NCBI GenBank assembly: GCA_017459665.1
Contig: JAFUCN010000063.1
Location: 354 to 64,353, forward strand
From: Methanobrevibacter sp.
GTDB taxonomy: Archaea; Methanobacteriota; Methanobacteria; Methanobacteriales; Methanobacteriaceae
Length of the DNA stretch: 64,000 nt
Reading direction: 5' to 3'
Each line of letters opens with the position of its first letter. Within the stretch, counting starts at the first letter, position 1. Below are positions 1 through 9,206 of this stretch, one piece after another. The position numbers were made by a program, and so were the translations under genes. The notes under the pieces were generated by a model that was not told the origin of the DNA, ran no database searches, and worked only from the letters and a program-made list of their open reading frames with translations.

Positions 1-747
1 GATATTGAAATTCCAGTCACTGTTAAGAATGCAGTAAAACCAACTGGTGATTATATTGTTGAGCAGATTAAACCAGGAGATTATAAGGACCAGGCAACAC
101 GCCTTGTGAAATATATCAAAGAGAATAAACAATTACCTAACTTTGTCACTACTAAAAAGTCAAAATTAAGAGTTAGAATCAGATTAGAGATATATTCACT
201 TGCGAAAATTGTTGTATGGTATCATAATCATAAGAAATACCCAACAGAGTGCATGTATCAATACACTGTATTCTATAAGAACCCACCAGTCACCAAAGTG
301 GAAAAACCTTTGGAAGTGTTGGCTTACTTTGAAAAAGTATTTAATGTAACTATCCGTAAAATGGATGATGCACTAAGCATAATGAACAATAGGGGCTATG
401 CACACTACTACAACGGAGCCTATACTAACAAAGAAGCAATCGACAGAATCAAAAAAGGCTTAGGCATCAACTGCACAGACGCATTACAATTATTTATGAA
501 CATTGTAAAAGCATTAATCAGTAAATACAAAGCATACAAATCTGTTGATTGCTTACACGTAAAATGCAGCAGTGGTGAAGGCCACGTAAGAGGACGCATC
601 ACTCTAAACGATGGTACTAAAGTATATCGTGACCCGGCATGCACTTTAAGCAAAAATAGTAAAGGTGCAACCTGTAACTGGTGTACAAAGAATTTCACAT
701 TATTAGCAGTAAATCCAAACTGGTTTATGGCTGATTTAAGTGTTTAA
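1..747 (+). CDS. Pseudomurein endoisopeptidase (PeiW/PeiP-like endolysin), 5'-truncated by the window edge
   Basis: Frame is open from base 1 (DIEIPVTVKNAVKPTGD...YKDQATRLVKYIKENKQLPNFV, resembling a pseudomurein-binding repeat). Transglutaminase-like triad motifs GINCTD (Cys), GEGHVR (His) and RDPA (Asp), with C-H spacing 37 and H-D spacing 16. Confidence 0.75.
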   Translation, partial: DIEIPVTVKNAVKPTGDYIVEQIKPGDYKDQATRLVKYIKENKQLPNFVTTKKSKLRVRIRLEIYSLAKIVVWYHNHKKYPTECMYQYTVFYKNPPVTKVEKPLEVLAYFEKVFNVTIRKMDDALSIMNNRGYAHYYNGAYTNKEAIDRIKKGLGINCTDALQLFMNIVKALISKYKAYKSVDCLHVKCSSGEGHVRGRITLNDGTKVYRDPACTLSKNSKGATCNWCTKNFTLLAVNPNWFMADLSV

Positions 748-940
748 AAAGAGGCATTTTTACTGTGATGTGGATCTAAAAATCATGGAAATAGTAACTA
801 GCGAATAGTGAATTTCTCATGTAAAACCTCAATTTTAAAAATTAAAAAACGCCAGTGTTTATTAAAATATATGATTTGTATAATTAGTTTACTCTAACTT
901 TTTTTGGATCTGCTGAGTAAAAAGTAAGTATGTTTTTTTT

Positions 941-980
941 GACCAGGACATTTTTTTGGTGTCCTGGTCTATTTTTTTTT
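941..980 (+). terminator. Hairpin plus poly-T terminator downstream of the endolysin
   Basis: Perfect 10-bp inverted repeat GACCAGGACA (941-950) / TGTCCTGGTC (960-969), followed by TA and a T9 run. Confidence 0.7.
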
Positions 981-1155
981 GGAAAATTTTTATAGTAAAA
1001 GTGTCTGATATAGTAGTGTATTTACATTGTTTAGTTGTAGTAAATATTGTTCGTTTTGTTAGGGGCGAACAATTTTCTAGGGTTAATTTTTGTTGTTTTT
1101 TTCTTTAGGTTGTTTTTCTAAAAAATTACTTATTAAATCCTACTATATCTCAAAC

Positions 1156-1359
1156 TTATTCTACTTTGAAACCAGCTTCTTCAACAGCTTCGGTAATGTC
1201 TGCATCACTTACATCGCCAGACATTGTAATTGTGGTAATTCCAGAATCGAGGTCTGCTTTGGCGTCATCAATTCCGTCAACGTCTTTTAAGGAAAGTTCA
1301 ACAGCGTTTACACATGATGGGCAGTGCATACCCACAACTTTAATTTCTTTTTCAGCCAT
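1156..1359 (-). CDS. copZ: Heavy-metal (copper) chaperone, HMA domain
   Basis: 67 aa with GMHCPSC motif, directly downstream of the P1B ATPase. Confidence 0.88.
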   Translation of the reverse strand: MAEKEIKVVGMHCPSCVNAVELSLKDVDGIDDAKADLDSGITTITMSGDVSDADITEAVEEAGFKVE

Positions 1360-1380
1360 AATAAATCACCTTATTAATTA

Positions 1381-3246
1381 TTATGTAATTGATTTATTTA
1401 AACTTTTAGTTATGCCTAACTTTTTGGATTTCTTGTAGTCCTTTCTAGATATTTTGTAGTTAATTAGAGTGGATGAGTATATAATCACAATGACTGAACC
1501 GATATTGTGAACTAATGCTCCGGCAATTGGGTCTAAAAGTCCAAAAATTGCCAATCCCATGGCAATAAAATTTAAAGTCAATGCAAAGCCAATGCTCAAA
1601 TTTATTGTTTTAATTGTTTTTCTGGAAATGCCTATTATGTGTGGGAGGTCTTCAATATTGTCTTTAATTAATGCAACATTCGCAGCTTCAACACTAACGT
1701 CACTTCCGATATTTCCCATTGCAATTCCGACATTTGCCTTTTTAAGTGAAGGGGCATCATTTATACCGTCACCTATCATTGCGACTTTATTTCCTTTAAG
1801 CTGTTCCTGTTTAATGTATTCTGTTTTGTCTTCAGGCAGACAGTTTGATTTTACATTCCTGACTTTCACCTGTTTTGCTATTGCTTTTGCTGTAGTTTCA
1901 TTGTCTCCAGTGAGCAATGTGGTTTTAACTTTAAGGCGTTTAAGCTGTTTTATTGTCTGTTTTGAACTTTCACGTAGTGTATCTGCAAGAAGTATTTTTC
2001 CAATAACTTCTCCATCTTTTGCCACATATATTTCAATTTCATTGTTTTCTGGCATTTCATCATAGTTTAATGCAATTTTTTCCTGTGTTATGAATTTTTT
2101 ATTTCCTGCAATTATTTTAGAGTTGTTTATTGTTCCACTCACTCCGTTTCCAATGTGCATTTTAAAGTCGCTGACTTCTGCAAAATCACTGTTGTCATAA
2201 TATTTAACTATAGCTTTTGCCAAGGGATGTTCTGATTTTGACTCAAGTGATGATGCTAAATACAACATCTCTTTGGGATTATCGGAAATTACATTAACGA
2301 CTTCGGGGGTTCCATAAGTTAAGGTTCCTGTTTTGTCAAATACAATTTCATCTATGTGAGCTAGCTCTTCTATTGATTCGCCATCCTTAACTAGAATTCC
2401 GTGTTTTGTTAGGTTTCCAATTGCAGCCATTATTGCAGTCGGTGTTGCAAGTACTAATGCACAGGGGCAGAATACTACCAGTATGGTCACTGATCTAATT
2501 ATTTCAAATGTTGCAAAAAAGGTTAGGACTGCAGCAGTAAAAGCTATTACAACAATTACTGATGCCCATTTGTCAGCTTGTCTTACAATTTTCGCATTTT
2601 CCGGTGCTGATGATTCAACTAATCTAATTAACTTTTGAAGGGAACTCTCTTCACTTACTTTGGTGGTTTTCATTGTAAATGATCCGTAAAGGTTAATTGT
2701 TCCGCTGTATATTTCATCATTTTCTTTTTTGTCAACAGGTATTGATTCGCCGGTTAATGTTGACTGGTCAATTGAAGTTTCTCCATTGATTATGATTCCG
2801 TCAGTTGGTATGCTTTCGCCTGGAAGCACTTTTAGAATATCTCCAATGTTTACTTCATCAATACGTATTTTTTCTTCGACTCCATTTTTGATTCTTGTTG
2901 CAAATTGTGGTGTCATCTTTACAAGTTCTTCAATTCTTCCTTGAGTTTTTGACACTGTATATTCCTCTAAAAATCCTCCAATTGCCATGATTGTTGCAAT
3001 TTCACCTGCTGCAAATACTTCACCAATAACAATTGATGCAATAATTGCTAGTGTGACGAGCAAATCCGCTTTTATATCTAATTCGGTTATAAATCCTTCT
3101 ACACATTCTTTAAATATTGGTACTCCACAGAGTATAACCGCAATCCAAGCAATATAATCGAGAGATAGTATGAAACTTGCGATTACACTTACTGTGGAGA
3201 TTATTATGAGTAGGATATCTACTTTTTCATCTCTTGTGAATTTCAT
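1381..3246 (-). CDS. Heavy-metal translocating P1B-type ATPase lacking an N-terminal metal-binding domain
   Basis: TGES, CPCAL, DKTGT, SEHP and GDGIND motifs. ATG at 3246 preferred over TTG at 3261. Confidence 0.93.
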   Translation of the reverse strand: MKFTRDEKVDILLIIISTVSVIASFILSLDYIAWIAVILCGVPIFKECVEGFITELDIKADLLVTLAIIASIVIGEVFAAGEIATIMAIGGFLEEYTVSKTQGRIEELVKMTPQFATRIKNGVEEKIRIDEVNIGDILKVLPGESIPTDGIIINGETSIDQSTLTGESIPVDKKENDEIYSGTINLYGSFTMKTTKVSEESSLQKLIRLVESSAPENAKIVRQADKWASVIVVIAFTAAVLTFFATFEIIRSVTILVVFCPCALVLATPTAIMAAIGNLTKHGILVKDGESIEELAHIDEIVFDKTGTLTYGTPEVVNVISDNPKEMLYLASSLESKSEHPLAKAIVKYYDNSDFAEVSDFKMHIGNGVSGTINNSKIIAGNKKFITQEKIALNYDEMPENNEIEIYVAKDGEVIGKILLADTLRESSKQTIKQLKRLKVKTTLLTGDNETTAKAIAKQVKVRNVKSNCLPEDKTEYIKQEQLKGNKVAMIGDGINDAPSLKKANVGIAMGNIGSDVSVEAANVALIKDNIEDLPHIIGISRKTIKTINLSIGFALTLNFIAMGLAIFGLLDPIAGALVHNIGSVIVIIYSSTLINYKISRKDYKKSKKLGITKSLNKSIT

Positions 3247-3269
3247 TTTAAACAGCCCCAATAGTATAG

Positions 3270-3287
3270 TATACCCAATAGGGTATA
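3270..3287. promoter_or_regulatory. Putative CsoR operator upstream of the P1B ATPase
   Basis: Palindrome TATACCC-AATA-GGGTATA overlapping a TTTATA box on the minus strand. Confidence 0.75.
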
Positions 3288-3305
3288 AAGTTAATTTAAA
3301 AAAAA

Positions 3306-3578
3306 TTAAATTCTGGAGTAGTATTCCAAAATTGTTGAAATGTCGCCTAATGCATCATCTGCATCACCTTGTTCAATTGCATCTTTAACGCAGTGTTCGA
3401 GGTGACCTTCTACAATTATGTGTCCAACTTTGTGTAATGCAGATTTTACGGCGTTTACTTGCATCAATATCTGTTCACACGGAATATCTTCATCAATCAT
3501 GCGGTCAATTGCGTTGACTTGACCTGAGATTTTTTTGAGTCTTCTGTGTAAATTTTCACTGTCCATACATTCTTTCAA
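3306..3578 (-). CDS. csoR: CsoR/RcnR-family metal-sensing repressor
   Basis: RLKKISGQV, PCEQIL and HLEHC give the Cys-His-Cys ligand pattern; TTG start. Confidence 0.88.
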   Translation of the reverse strand: MKECMDSENLHRRLKKISGQVNAIDRMIDEDIPCEQILMQVNAVKSALHKVGHIIVEGHLEHCVKDAIEQGDADDALGDISTILEYYSRI

Positions 3579-3590
3579 ATTAACACAACC

Positions 3591-3608
3591 TATACCTACT
3601 AGGGTATA
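3591..3608. promoter_or_regulatory. Putative CsoR operator upstream of csoR (autoregulation)
   Basis: TATACC-TACTAG-GGTATA, the same 18-bp TATACC-N6-GGTATA layout as 3270-3287; overlaps TTTATATA on the minus strand. Confidence 0.75.
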
Positions 3609-3674
3609 TAAATCTTTTAGTATATAAACATTTTGAAAAAATTAAAAAAATAAAAAAGGAGGAAGAAATCAAGA

Positions 3675-4772
3675 TTATGCTTGATTTTCCATTTCTTCAA
3701 ATTTAGCTGGGAAATATGTGTCTACAACATATTCAAGCCCATATTTTGAGAAAGATTGCTGTTCTGCTTTTTTACCGATTTTAAGCATCTTTTTAATTTC
3801 TGTCTGCCAGAAATCACTTTTATACCTTGGGTCTTTAGAAAGCTCTTTAAGTCTCATGACGTCAACATCTTTGAGCTTGTCTGTTGGTAGGTCATAATTG
3901 ATAATGTCAGATGCGGTTACTCCAATAAATTTGGCATCAGGAGTTGCAAGTTGATCGTTAACGTGAGCTAATTTTGCACTTCCGGAAATGATAACCTGTG
4001 CAATGTGGAATCCCCAAGGGTCTCCGTCGTTACAAATATATACTGGTAAGTTTAACTCTTCATTAACTCTTTTAATGAATCTCCTTGTAGCACGGGCTGC
4101 TTGTCCTTTAAGCCCAACAATCAAACAGTTAAATCTTTTGTGAGCATTTTCCTGAACTAACCTGTGGAACATTCCCATGGTTTCCACAGCAAGTACTTTG
4201 TCTACCTTGTGGTCAAGGAATTCGACTTGGTCAATTGTTGGAGAAATGGTATAACCGGATTTTCCCATTTTTGCAGCATTTATTTCCACTTCATCTAAAA
4301 GGGTAATGTCTCCGTAAACTGAAGCTCCATCTTCTTCAGGCATTAGCCCTAAATCTTCACGTGTAACTCCAAGTTTCACTTCAAGGTCTTCACCGATGAT
4401 GTTTGATTCCTGTTGTGTTTTAAAACTGATTCCCCATCCTTCGGAAACATAATACATTTCCCTGATGGTAGCTGTTTTTTCTCTTGCAACTAAATCCTTA
4501 CAGAAATTTCCTACATAAACCATCTGCCCTACTTTTCTAATTTGTTTCACATTTCCTAAAGATCTTTTCCCATATCTTTCGCCTAACTCATAGTATCTTT
4601 TTGAATCATTGAAAACAATGTTTCCAGTACCACGAGATGGAATTTTAAGACTAGGCACTTTATTTTTTTCAATGTCTTCGATAATTTCCTGACCTAATCC
4701 TTTTAATTTATTATAGGTGTATTCTTTTCTTTCTTCTTTATGAGATTTTCCGCTTTTTGGTCTGTCTGCCAT
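3675..4772 (-). CDS. top6A: DNA topoisomerase VI subunit A
   Basis: TIREMYY catalytic Tyr motif, TOPRIM DGDPWG, KAEQQS. Confidence 0.97.
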   Translation of the reverse strand: MADRPKSGKSHKEERKEYTYNKLKGLGQEIIEDIEKNKVPSLKIPSRGTGNIVFNDSKRYYELGERYGKRSLGNVKQIRKVGQMVYVGNFCKDLVAREKTATIREMYYVSEGWGISFKTQQESNIIGEDLEVKLGVTREDLGLMPEEDGASVYGDITLLDEVEINAAKMGKSGYTISPTIDQVEFLDHKVDKVLAVETMGMFHRLVQENAHKRFNCLIVGLKGQAARATRRFIKRVNEELNLPVYICNDGDPWGFHIAQVIISGSAKLAHVNDQLATPDAKFIGVTASDIINYDLPTDKLKDVDVMRLKELSKDPRYKSDFWQTEIKKMLKIGKKAEQQSFSKYGLEYVVDTYFPAKFEEMENQA

Positions 4773-4781
4773 CTAAATCAC

Positions 4782-6485
4782 CTAATCTTCGAAACCGTCT
4801 TCAACATCATCTTCAATGAAGTTATCTAAAGAAGAATTTCCTTCTTCAACAGAATTTCCAAATTCATCAACTTCTTCCATGATGATTGCATCAAGTTCTT
4901 CTTCTTCCTCTTCTTCAACTTTCTCACCAAGCAACTCAGCAAGAGCTCTTTTGGTAACTTTTACAAGTATGTCCTGGTAGTCAGGAACTCCAGTTTCACC
5001 AAGTTTTGCAGCTTCTTCAATAATCACAGGCACATATTCTTCAAATACTTTTGAACGTTTTTCTTTTTCTTTTGCTGCTCTTTTAGCCCTTAAGTGTTTT
5101 TGAAGTTTACGAGCTAATTTCATGGTAGCTTGTCTGATTTCGTGAACAATTTCAGGCTCTGGTGATACACTCTGTTTTCCTGTAGAAAGATAAGGTACTT
5201 GTGTAGAGATAATATTTACGAATAATGTTAATGGAGTGTTGTCCATGTCTCTGAGACCATAACGTTTCCAATCAATACTTTTAAGTGCTTCTGTAATAGC
5301 ACAGCTTCCTGCATCGAAAGTTAATGGAACTCTGTTTGCAAATCTCATGATTTCTGATTTTCTCTGTTCGTTGACAACTCTACCTGCGTTTCCACCGTAT
5401 GCAAGACCGGCTTCAATAATAAATGAAACACCACCTGCATAAGTGACAGGTTTTCTTGTAATGGTTGTAACAAATTCAGGCTGCAAGATTTGTTTCATAC
5501 CTTTTTCAACCTGTTCAGATCCAATAGGAATAAGTCCGTCAGCCGGAGGAGCCATGAATTTCATTTTCTTAAAGCAGGTAACAATAGCTTCAGCTTCCTG
5601 GAAACTCATGTCTTTTGGACGTTTGTTCATGTCGATTCCAGTCATCTCAGCAATTTCATCAACTCTTTTATTTGACATTCTGGACATTGATGAAGTTAAC
5701 ATACTTTTATATCTTCTGCTGTCTGAGTTTTGAGACATTGTCATTAAATCGTCTGCACTCACACCTTTAGGGTGAGGTAGGACTTCTTTTGGTTGGACTG
5801 GAACGATATCTGCTGCTCTTTTAAATATGTATTTGTGTCCTGATGGGTCCCTGAATGTGATTTTTGCATGAGGGTTACCAATCATGGTTCTTCTGATGTA
5901 CTCAAATGCACCTTGTTCTGCAAGGGAATATGAAACTTCTTTAAATTGAAGTTCAATGCATACTCCAGTTTGCTCGGCAGGATAGTCTTCTCTTTCCATT
6001 AAAATTCCGCGGTTGTTTTTAACATCCATTTGGAATTTCATTTTAACTCCTTTAATTTCATCTCCATCCTTATAGCATGAAATTACACGAGCTGGCTTAC
6101 CTGTTGTCATCTGGGATAATAAAACACATCCACTACAACCTAAACCCTGCTGCCCTCTTGATTGTATGTTTCTGAATTTTGATCCTGCAAACATCATACA
6201 GTATACTTGCATTACATAGTCTTCAGGAATTCCAGGACCATTATCCTTGTGTCTAAGGATGTAATGTTCCTTGTCAACACGCTTTAATTCGATGTCGATA
6301 TCAGGCAATATTCCGGATTCTTCACATGCATCGAAACTGTTTGTAATCAGTTCGTGGAATACGATGGTTAAAGAACGGATTTTACCAGTGAAACCTAACA
6401 TCTGCTTATTTTTTCTAAAGAATTCAGATGGGGTTAATCTTTGAAAGTCTTCTTCCCAATCTAATCCTGTTTGTTGTTGTGCCAA
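4782..6485 (-). CDS. top6B: DNA topoisomerase VI subunit B
   Basis: GHKL motifs [15 protein letters not shown] and SRGQQGLG; acidic C-terminal tail; TTG start with GGAGG upstream. Confidence 0.97.
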   Translation of the reverse strand: MAQQQTGLDWEEDFQRLTPSEFFRKNKQMLGFTGKIRSLTIVFHELITNSFDACEESGILPDIDIELKRVDKEHYILRHKDNGPGIPEDYVMQVYCMMFAGSKFRNIQSRGQQGLGCSGCVLLSQMTTGKPARVISCYKDGDEIKGVKMKFQMDVKNNRGILMEREDYPAEQTGVCIELQFKEVSYSLAEQGAFEYIRRTMIGNPHAKITFRDPSGHKYIFKRAADIVPVQPKEVLPHPKGVSADDLMTMSQNSDSRRYKSMLTSSMSRMSNKRVDEIAEMTGIDMNKRPKDMSFQEAEAIVTCFKKMKFMAPPADGLIPIGSEQVEKGMKQILQPEFVTTITRKPVTYAGGVSFIIEAGLAYGGNAGRVVNEQRKSEIMRFANRVPLTFDAGSCAITEALKSIDWKRYGLRDMDNTPLTLFVNIISTQVPYLSTGKQSVSPEPEIVHEIRQATMKLARKLQKHLRAKRAAKEKEKRSKVFEEYVPVIIEEAAKLGETGVPDYQDILVKVTKRALAELLGEKVEEEEEEELDAIIMEEVDEFGNSVEEGNSSLDNFIEDDVEDGFED

Positions 6486-6917
6486 GATTTTTTTCCTCCT
6501 TATTAATGTATGATTAAATTTATTATAATGACTATATTTAAATGAAATCAGAGAGCATTTGTAATGTAATATTTTTACAGTACCCTAGCTACACCGTTTA
6601 AAAATATGGTAAAATAATAATTTAAAAACATGTAGAAAACATAGTATTTACACTATGTTATCTATATATGTTGGTTACAGTATATAAGACTTTGCAATAT
6701 TTATGAAAATTTTTGTACGAATCTTCCATTAAAATGCATAGTCCGATGTATAATGTCTTGGATGTGTCTTTTTCAAGTTAGAATTTATTATTTCTCAAAA
6801 TAATGAAAAAGTTGTATGAACTTGGAATAATAAATTAACCTTTAAAATCCCTAAAATGTGAATTTATCTTCAAATATGTAATCATTTAAAAAAATTAATG
6901 CTTAGGAGCCAAAACTC

Positions 6918-7535
6918 CTAATAATTTTTTTCATCAAAGTCGATTCCATCCTTAAATTCGATTTTATCTTCTTCGATTCCAACCAGTTCATTGAATTCTT
7001 TTCTTTTCAGGTCTTCTTTTTTATGTTCCAAAAAGCCATAAACGGATTTGTGTCTGGATCCGTTTAATATCATTTCAATAGCCTCTTTTGCAATCATGAT
7101 GTTGTCCATCTCACCGATTAGAGAAACGGTTTTTCCATAGACTGCCATGTGCACTTCAGCCATTTCCATGATTATCTCACGTGTTTTACCGTCTTTTCCA
7201 ATAATCCTTCCTTTATGTCTTGCAAGTGCCTTTTTTGATTTTCCAATGTATAATGGTAAACTGATAACTTCGAGATAAATATCATCACTAACCAATTTGA
7301 GAGCAACTTCCGGGTTAAATCCACGTGCTACTGCTTTGACGATATGGTTAGCATTCCAAACTCCTAACGGGTCTTCCATGTTTTCACTAGGGGTGATATA
7401 GACTGTACCTTCATCGCTGTCAATGTCCAGGATGGTTCCAGTAGCTTTTTCAATGGACTTTTTAACTCCGCCATTGCTTCCAATTAATGCCCCTACTCTG
7501 TTTTGAGGTATTTTCAAATAATCTGTTTCTGGCAT
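6918..7535 (-). CDS. KH-domain rRNA-processing protein (Dim2/Pno1-like)
   Basis: Two KH domains (LIGSNG, IIGKDG) and ARGF motif; canonical neighbour of rio1 and top6B. Confidence 0.92.
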   Translation of the reverse strand: MPETDYLKIPQNRVGALIGSNGGVKKSIEKATGTILDIDSDEGTVYITPSENMEDPLGVWNANHIVKAVARGFNPEVALKLVSDDIYLEVISLPLYIGKSKKALARHKGRIIGKDGKTREIIMEMAEVHMAVYGKTVSLIGEMDNIMIAKEAIEMILNGSRHKSVYGFLEHKKEDLKRKEFNELVGIEEDKIEFKDGIDFDEKNY

Positions 7536-7745
7536 AATATCACCTTCAATAATAGTTTTTAATTGAAATTATTTAACTTTTAGGATTTTATTAATTAATA
7601 ATATTAAAGTAAGAATGGGTTGTTTTTAGAAAAATAGTCAAATAATTTTTCAATAGTAATCTTGGCAATATGTCTTAAAAATAGAGATAAAACATCAAAT
7701 AGTTAATGTTAAATGATTACTTTAAATAATTTAAAGTTGGTCTTT

Positions 7746-8140
7746 TCATGATTCAAATTCCTCTTTGAATTCTCTATAGAAATTGTAATCATTTTTTAAT
7801 TGTTTTTTAACAAATCTAGTTAATTCATCAATTTCCATAGTATCAAGGATTTCTTCAATTTCCCTAATGTTTTTTTATTGTCTGGAATTTCTTCATTTGA
7901 CAATAGGTGAAGACACGCCGCCATATGTTTACATGATTGCTCACCACACTCACATGAAATGGAATCAACATATTTATCATCACATAATTTGATTTTTACT
8001 CTAAACTCATAATCATCTAAAACAATTGCATTAACTATATTTCCAGTTTTTTCAATAAATTTAACACGTCCTGATTTGTAATAGTTTTTACCAGTTCCGT
8101 TTTCCCGATAGTGAAAATCTAACTACCATTCATGTCCATC
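7746..8140 (-). pseudogene. SWIM zinc-finger protein pseudogene
   Basis: Manual translation: GHEW*LDF...GKNYYKSGRV...SCECGEQSCKHMAACL (CxC-x4-CKH), then a frameshift at an A7 run into IREIEEILDTMEIDELTRFVKKQL...FES*. Confidence 0.8.
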
Positions 8141-8142
8141 AA

Positions 8143-9171
8143 TCAAAAAATCACTTCATTTAAATAATTTTCACATAAATCATCGAATTTTTCTTCATCA
8201 AATAGTTCATTTAAGAAGTTATATGCTTCTTTTTTGGAAATAAATTCTTTTTCAAGTTTCATGGAATCCCAAACATTGTTAAATATTTCTTCAAGATTAT
8301 TAATCTCTAATTGGGAGGTGTAACTTCTAATGCAATCAATGTCATAGTAATTTAAAAGAACATATAAACTATAATAATCCTCATAATCATAAATTGGGTT
8401 GATTCTAAAAATATAATTCTTTATTTCTTCTTTCAATGATTCACATATTTCATCTGCATAAACATAGATAAATGCACGGGCATTTATGCAGGAACTGACA
8501 TACCCAAAGTCTTCACATTCGTGGGCATGTGCTAAATGTCTGTCAATATATTTGAAACCAATTTGAATTAGGTCACTAGATTCATTTTCATCAATGAACT
8601 TATAAAAGTCATCAAATTCAAAATCATTTAAGCAAACATCATATAAATCAATCCATTCGAAATCATTTAGGAATTTTTTACCATTTTTGGTAAGTTCAAA
8701 TTCACAGTTTTCAAAATCAAGGGAGGTAACATTTTCAAGTGCTAATTTGACTAATTTTTTCTTTTTGCCTGAAGCAGTTATCCCATGTTTTTTTAAAATA
8801 TTTGTCAGTTCATTTGCATTCATTTTTAAGATTTCCTCTTCAATATCAACAGTATCTGATGCAATTGGAGTTATATAATTATTTTCTATAATGTTTTGTC
8901 TAAGAAGATGGTCTCCATGAACAGTTTTGAATTCAAGGTTTTCAAAGATTTTATCTAAATTAGGTTCATTTTTCAAATAAAATAATATTTGGTAAGTATC
9001 ATAATCAAATGATCCTGTAGGATAGTCTTTTCCAAAAACAATATTTTCATCAAGAACAAAACCCGTATTTTCACGGCTAAAAATTGAAAAAGGACTATTT
9101 CTTGCATCATAAACGATGTTATTGTCATCTGAATATATCTTTTTTAATTTAATCAAATCACTTCTTTTCAT
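8143..9171 (-). CDS. SAP-domain protein with acidic helical C-terminal region
   Basis: MNANELTNILKKHGITASGKKKKLVKLA fits the SAP consensus and is followed by ELTKNGKKFL. Likely start is ATG 9171 (MKRSDLIK), not 9480. Confidence 0.75.
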   Translation of the reverse strand: MKRSDLIKLKKIYSDDNNIVYDARNSPFSIFSRENTGFVLDENIVFGKDYPTGSFDYDTYQILFYLKNEPNLDKIFENLEFKTVHGDHLLRQNIIENNYITPIASDTVDIEEEILKMNANELTNILKKHGITASGKKKKLVKLALENVTSLDFENCEFELTKNGKKFLNDFEWIDLYDVCLNDFEFDDFYKFIDENESSDLIQIGFKYIDRHLAHAHECEDFGYVSSCINARAFIYVYADEICESLKEEIKNYIFRINPIYDYEDYYSLYVLLNYYDIDCIRSYTSQLEINNLEEIFNNVWDSMKLEKEFISKKEAYNFLNELFDEEKFDDLCENYLNEVIF

Positions 9172-9206
9172 AATACTATTTATTTTATAATAATTAATAT
9201 AGTTAT

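Larger units (their letters stand above)
1..1080. mobile_element. Probable right end of a provirus (lysis gene plus downstream non-coding DNA); boundary uncertain
   Basis: Inferred from the Pei-like endolysin followed by ~400 bp of structured non-coding DNA before host genes. No integrase or att duplication is visible in the window. Confidence 0.45.

Noticed and set aside
1090-1438. ORFs 1090..1290 and 1166..1438 (+)
   Set aside because: Antisense shadows of copZ with no motifs.
6782-6836. 11-bp inverted repeat AATTTATTATT/AATAATAAATT
   Set aside because: Pure A/T low-complexity sequence, expected by chance in this genome.
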